From positions 4,256,001 to 4,320,000 of the forward strand of contig OZ220089.1 of the NCBI GenBank assembly GCA_964291625.2: a stretch of 64,000 bases of DNA. Direction: 5' to 3'. This DNA is from Candidatus Latescibacterota bacterium (GTDB lineage: Bacteria; Latescibacterota; UBA2968; UBA8231). The notes beneath the pieces are model-generated. The model ran no database searches. It saw only the letters and a program-made list of their open reading frames with translations, and was not told the origin of the DNA. A program made the position numbers and the translations under genes. Positions 60,829-64,000 of this stretch are shown piece by piece. The number at the start of each line of letters is the position of its first letter. Position 1 is the stretch's first letter.

Positions 60829-61118
60829 TTGCGGGCCTCTTCCCGCGCCGGGGGGGCGCCCGGGTCGTCGGAGGGGGAAGCCTCGGCCGGGGAGGCGCCG
60901 GCCTCGCGGGCCACGGAGCCGGAGGCGGGGGTGGCGATCCGGTTGGGCGCCGCCTCCTGGCCCGCCGTCTCCACCTCGTCCCGCACGTCCTTCACGGCGC
61001 CGCGGAACTCGCGGATTCCCTTGCCCAGACCCCGGGCCATCTCGGGAATGCGCTTGGCCCCGAAGAGGAGCAGGACCACGAGGAAGATGATCAGCAATTC
61101 CCAATGACTCGGAAACAT
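60825..61118 (-). CDS. tatA: Twin-arginine translocase TatA
   Basis: [30 protein letters not shown]. Confidence 0.95.
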
Positions 61119-61137
61119 GGTCGGTTCTCCGGGAGAT

Positions 61138-61419
61138 TCAGTACGAGTACTTGAAGTAGTACCAGCCGGCGAAGATGCCGAGCAGGGTGATGACGTTGAA
61201 GCTCAGGCCCAGCTCGAACTGGAAGGAGAGGATGATGAGGTCCAGGCGGTGGGGCCCGATCTCGTAGCGGAAGAAGTCCAGCAGGGCCCGCTCCACGATG
61301 CTGCTCTCACCGGCGACGAAGCGCAGGACGATGCGCAGGGACTCGCCGATGACGCTGCCGCTGACGGCGCTCACCAGCAGGATGAGGACCAGGTAACTGA
61401 CCGGCTTGTCCCTGAACAT
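61138..61419 (-). CDS. DUF4321-like small membrane protein
   Basis: 93 aa; G..IGE, P..LDL.ILSF...L...NV..LLGI. Confidence 0.75.
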   Translation of the reverse strand: MFRDKPVSYLVLILLVSAVSGSVIGESLRIVLRFVAGESSIVERALLDFFRYEIGPHRLDLIILSFQFELGLSFNVITLLGIFAGWYYFKYSY

Positions 61420-61436
61420 CGGCCGCCTTCATCCCT

Positions 61437-62150
61437 TCAGGCGTGCTGAGTCACCTCGTCGCTGAACAGGCCGGCGACCCAGCGGTAGAGCCCGGAGAGC
61501 AGGTAGATCAGGGCGATGGGAAAGAAGAATTCCTTTGACGTGGCCGGATGGACGATGAGGGCCACGGCGGCGACGAGAAAGACCTGCTTGCAGCGGTCCC
61601 TGAGCCCGCCGGACCGGAAGCTGGGCATGGAGTCGTACTCGACGCGGCTGACCATCAGCATGGACAGGGAAAAGGTCAGCAGCACGCCGAGGTGGGCGGC
61701 GTGGGCCGTCGCCCAGGAATGTCCGGTGAAGACGATGTACTGGCTCAGGACGATGGCGGCGGCGGGGATCGGCATCCCCGTGAAGAACTCTCCCTTGCCC
61801 TCGTCCTGGCTCATGATGTTGAAGCGCGCCAGGCGCAGGGCGCCGCAGACGAGAAAGACCGAGGCCAGGGCTGCCCCCCACCCGGTGGGCAGGAGTCCGT
61901 GGTAGAGCATGAAGGCGGGGACGACGCCGAAGGTGCAGACATCGGCGAGGGAGTCGAACTCGATGCCGAACCGGGAGTCGCGGCCCATGTAACGGGCCAG
62001 GCGTCCGTCCATGTTGTCGAGGGCGCTGGCGAGGACGATCAGCCAGGCGGCGGGCACGTAGTTCCCCTCGACGATGTAGCGCAGCGCCAGGAAGCCGCAG
62101 AGCAGGTTGCCCACGGTGAACAGGTTGGGGATGAGGCCTCGGTTGATCAC
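61437..62150 (-). CDS. pssA: CDP-diacylglycerol-serine O-phosphatidyltransferase
   Basis: PNLFT.GNL.CG, D..DGRLAR, DSLAD...FGV.P, LRLARFN, F.GMP.P. Confidence 0.94.
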   Translation of the reverse strand: MINRGLIPNLFTVGNLLCGFLALRYIVEGNYVPAAWLIVLASALDNMDGRLARYMGRDSRFGIEFDSLADVCTFGVVPAFMLYHGLLPTGWGAALASVFLVCGALRLARFNIMSQDEGKGEFFTGMPIPAAAIVLSQYIVFTGHSWATAHAAHLGVLLTFSLSMLMVSRVEYDSMPSFRSGGLRDRCKQVFLVAAVALIVHPATSKEFFFPIALIYLLSGLYRWVAGLFSDEVTQHA

Positions 62151-62782
62151 GCCAGGACTCCCATGACGGTTTCGCCGCCCCGTACCCGGTCGCCCACCGA
62201 GACCTCGATCCGGGCGGACTCCGGAAGGATGAGGTCGACCCTCGAGCCGAAGCGGATCAGCCCGAAGCGCTCGCCCCGGCGCACCTGCTGGCCGGGGACC
62301 AGCCGGCAGGCGATGCGGCGGGCCAGGATGCCGACGATCTGCTTGACCACGAGCCGGTGGCCCCCGCAGCGGATGCCGATCACGCTCTGCTCGTTCTCCT
62401 CGGAGGCCTGCTCGGCGTAGGCCACGCGGTAGCTCCCGGAGCGCCGGTCGACGAAGTCGACCTCGCCCTCGTGGGGGACGCGGTTCACGTGCACGTTGAA
62501 GACCGACAGGAAGACGCTGATGCGCGTGCCCGGCCCGCCGAGGTAGTCGTCGTGCGCCACCGGCTCGACGGAGACCACGCGGCCGTCGGCGGCGGAGACC
62601 ACGGCGCCCGGCAGCCCGGGCGCCTGCCGGCGGGGATCGCGGAAGAAGAAGGCCATGAACACCGTCGCGAGTCCGAAGACCGCGGACCCCGGGGCCAGCG
62701 CGGGGTTCCACTGGCGGGCGTACCAGCAGGCCGCGGCCAGCAGCAGGCCGGCGGCCACGAAGGGGATCCCCTCACGGGCCAT
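62147..62782 (-). CDS. psd: Phosphatidylserine decarboxylase proenzyme
   Basis: FFRDP.R, ADG, FLSVFNVHVNR.P, ARRI, FGSRVD. Confidence 0.95.
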   Translation of the reverse strand: MAREGIPFVAAGLLLAAACWYARQWNPALAPGSAVFGLATVFMAFFFRDPRRQAPGLPGAVVSAADGRVVSVEPVAHDDYLGGPGTRISVFLSVFNVHVNRVPHEGEVDFVDRRSGSYRVAYAEQASEENEQSVIGIRCGGHRLVVKQIVGILARRIACRLVPGQQVRRGERFGLIRFGSRVDLILPESARIEVSVGDRVRGGETVMGVLA

Positions 62783-63886
<1,104 letters not shown>

Positions 63887-63904
63887 GGGGCCTGGACTAA
63901 GCTG

Positions 63905-64000
63905 CTACAGAGCGCCGGGGCTCTCAAGGGGGTCGGGCCCCGAGGCGCCGCCCACCTCTTCGGGGTAGCGCACCCGCAGCAGGCACAGGCCCCTCGCCGG
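63905..64000 (-). CDS. truA: tRNA pseudouridine synthase A, C-terminal fragment
   Basis: PARGLCLLRVRY resembles the TruA C-terminal motif; runs off the right edge. Confidence 0.7.
   Translation of the reverse strand, partial: PARGLCLLRVRYPEEVGGASGPDPLESPGAL

Overview
High-GC bacterial chromosome segment. Gene content (PorZ-like and PorV-like proteins, DUF4159/DUF4175/MoxR cluster, tatA-gatA synteny) suggests an FCB-superphylum organism, possibly Latescibacterota-like; this is inference. In order: end of priA; an envelope/MoxR operon; sufBCDSUT plus Rrf2; a SMUG1/NucS-like cluster and a broken uxuA; cysH-cysC-sat; decayed toxin-antitoxin modules; a copper locus (cusCBA-like plus copA); a lower-GC ankyrin gene; manA/manC; an lnt-tatC fusion; radC; NiSOD/pcm; and the truA-htrA-psd-pssA-tatA-gatA-porV operon. 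No rRNA, tRNA, CRISPR array or transposase was seen. Strongest signals not captured by the ORF track: (1) a probable selenoprotein between cusA and copA (in-frame UGA in a UxxC motif, followed by a SECIS-like hairpin; PCYCGC-like family); (2) a complete transcription attenuator with a 7-Cys leader peptide before the sulfate-assimilation operon; (3) a secreted Cys-rich uORF whose 3' flank is a perfect anti-SD for cusC; (4) a 174-nt rod-shaped structured element between sufB and sufC. The track also shows (5) Lnt and TatC fused in one ORF. Three frameshifted genes nearby mean single-base claims need checking against reads.
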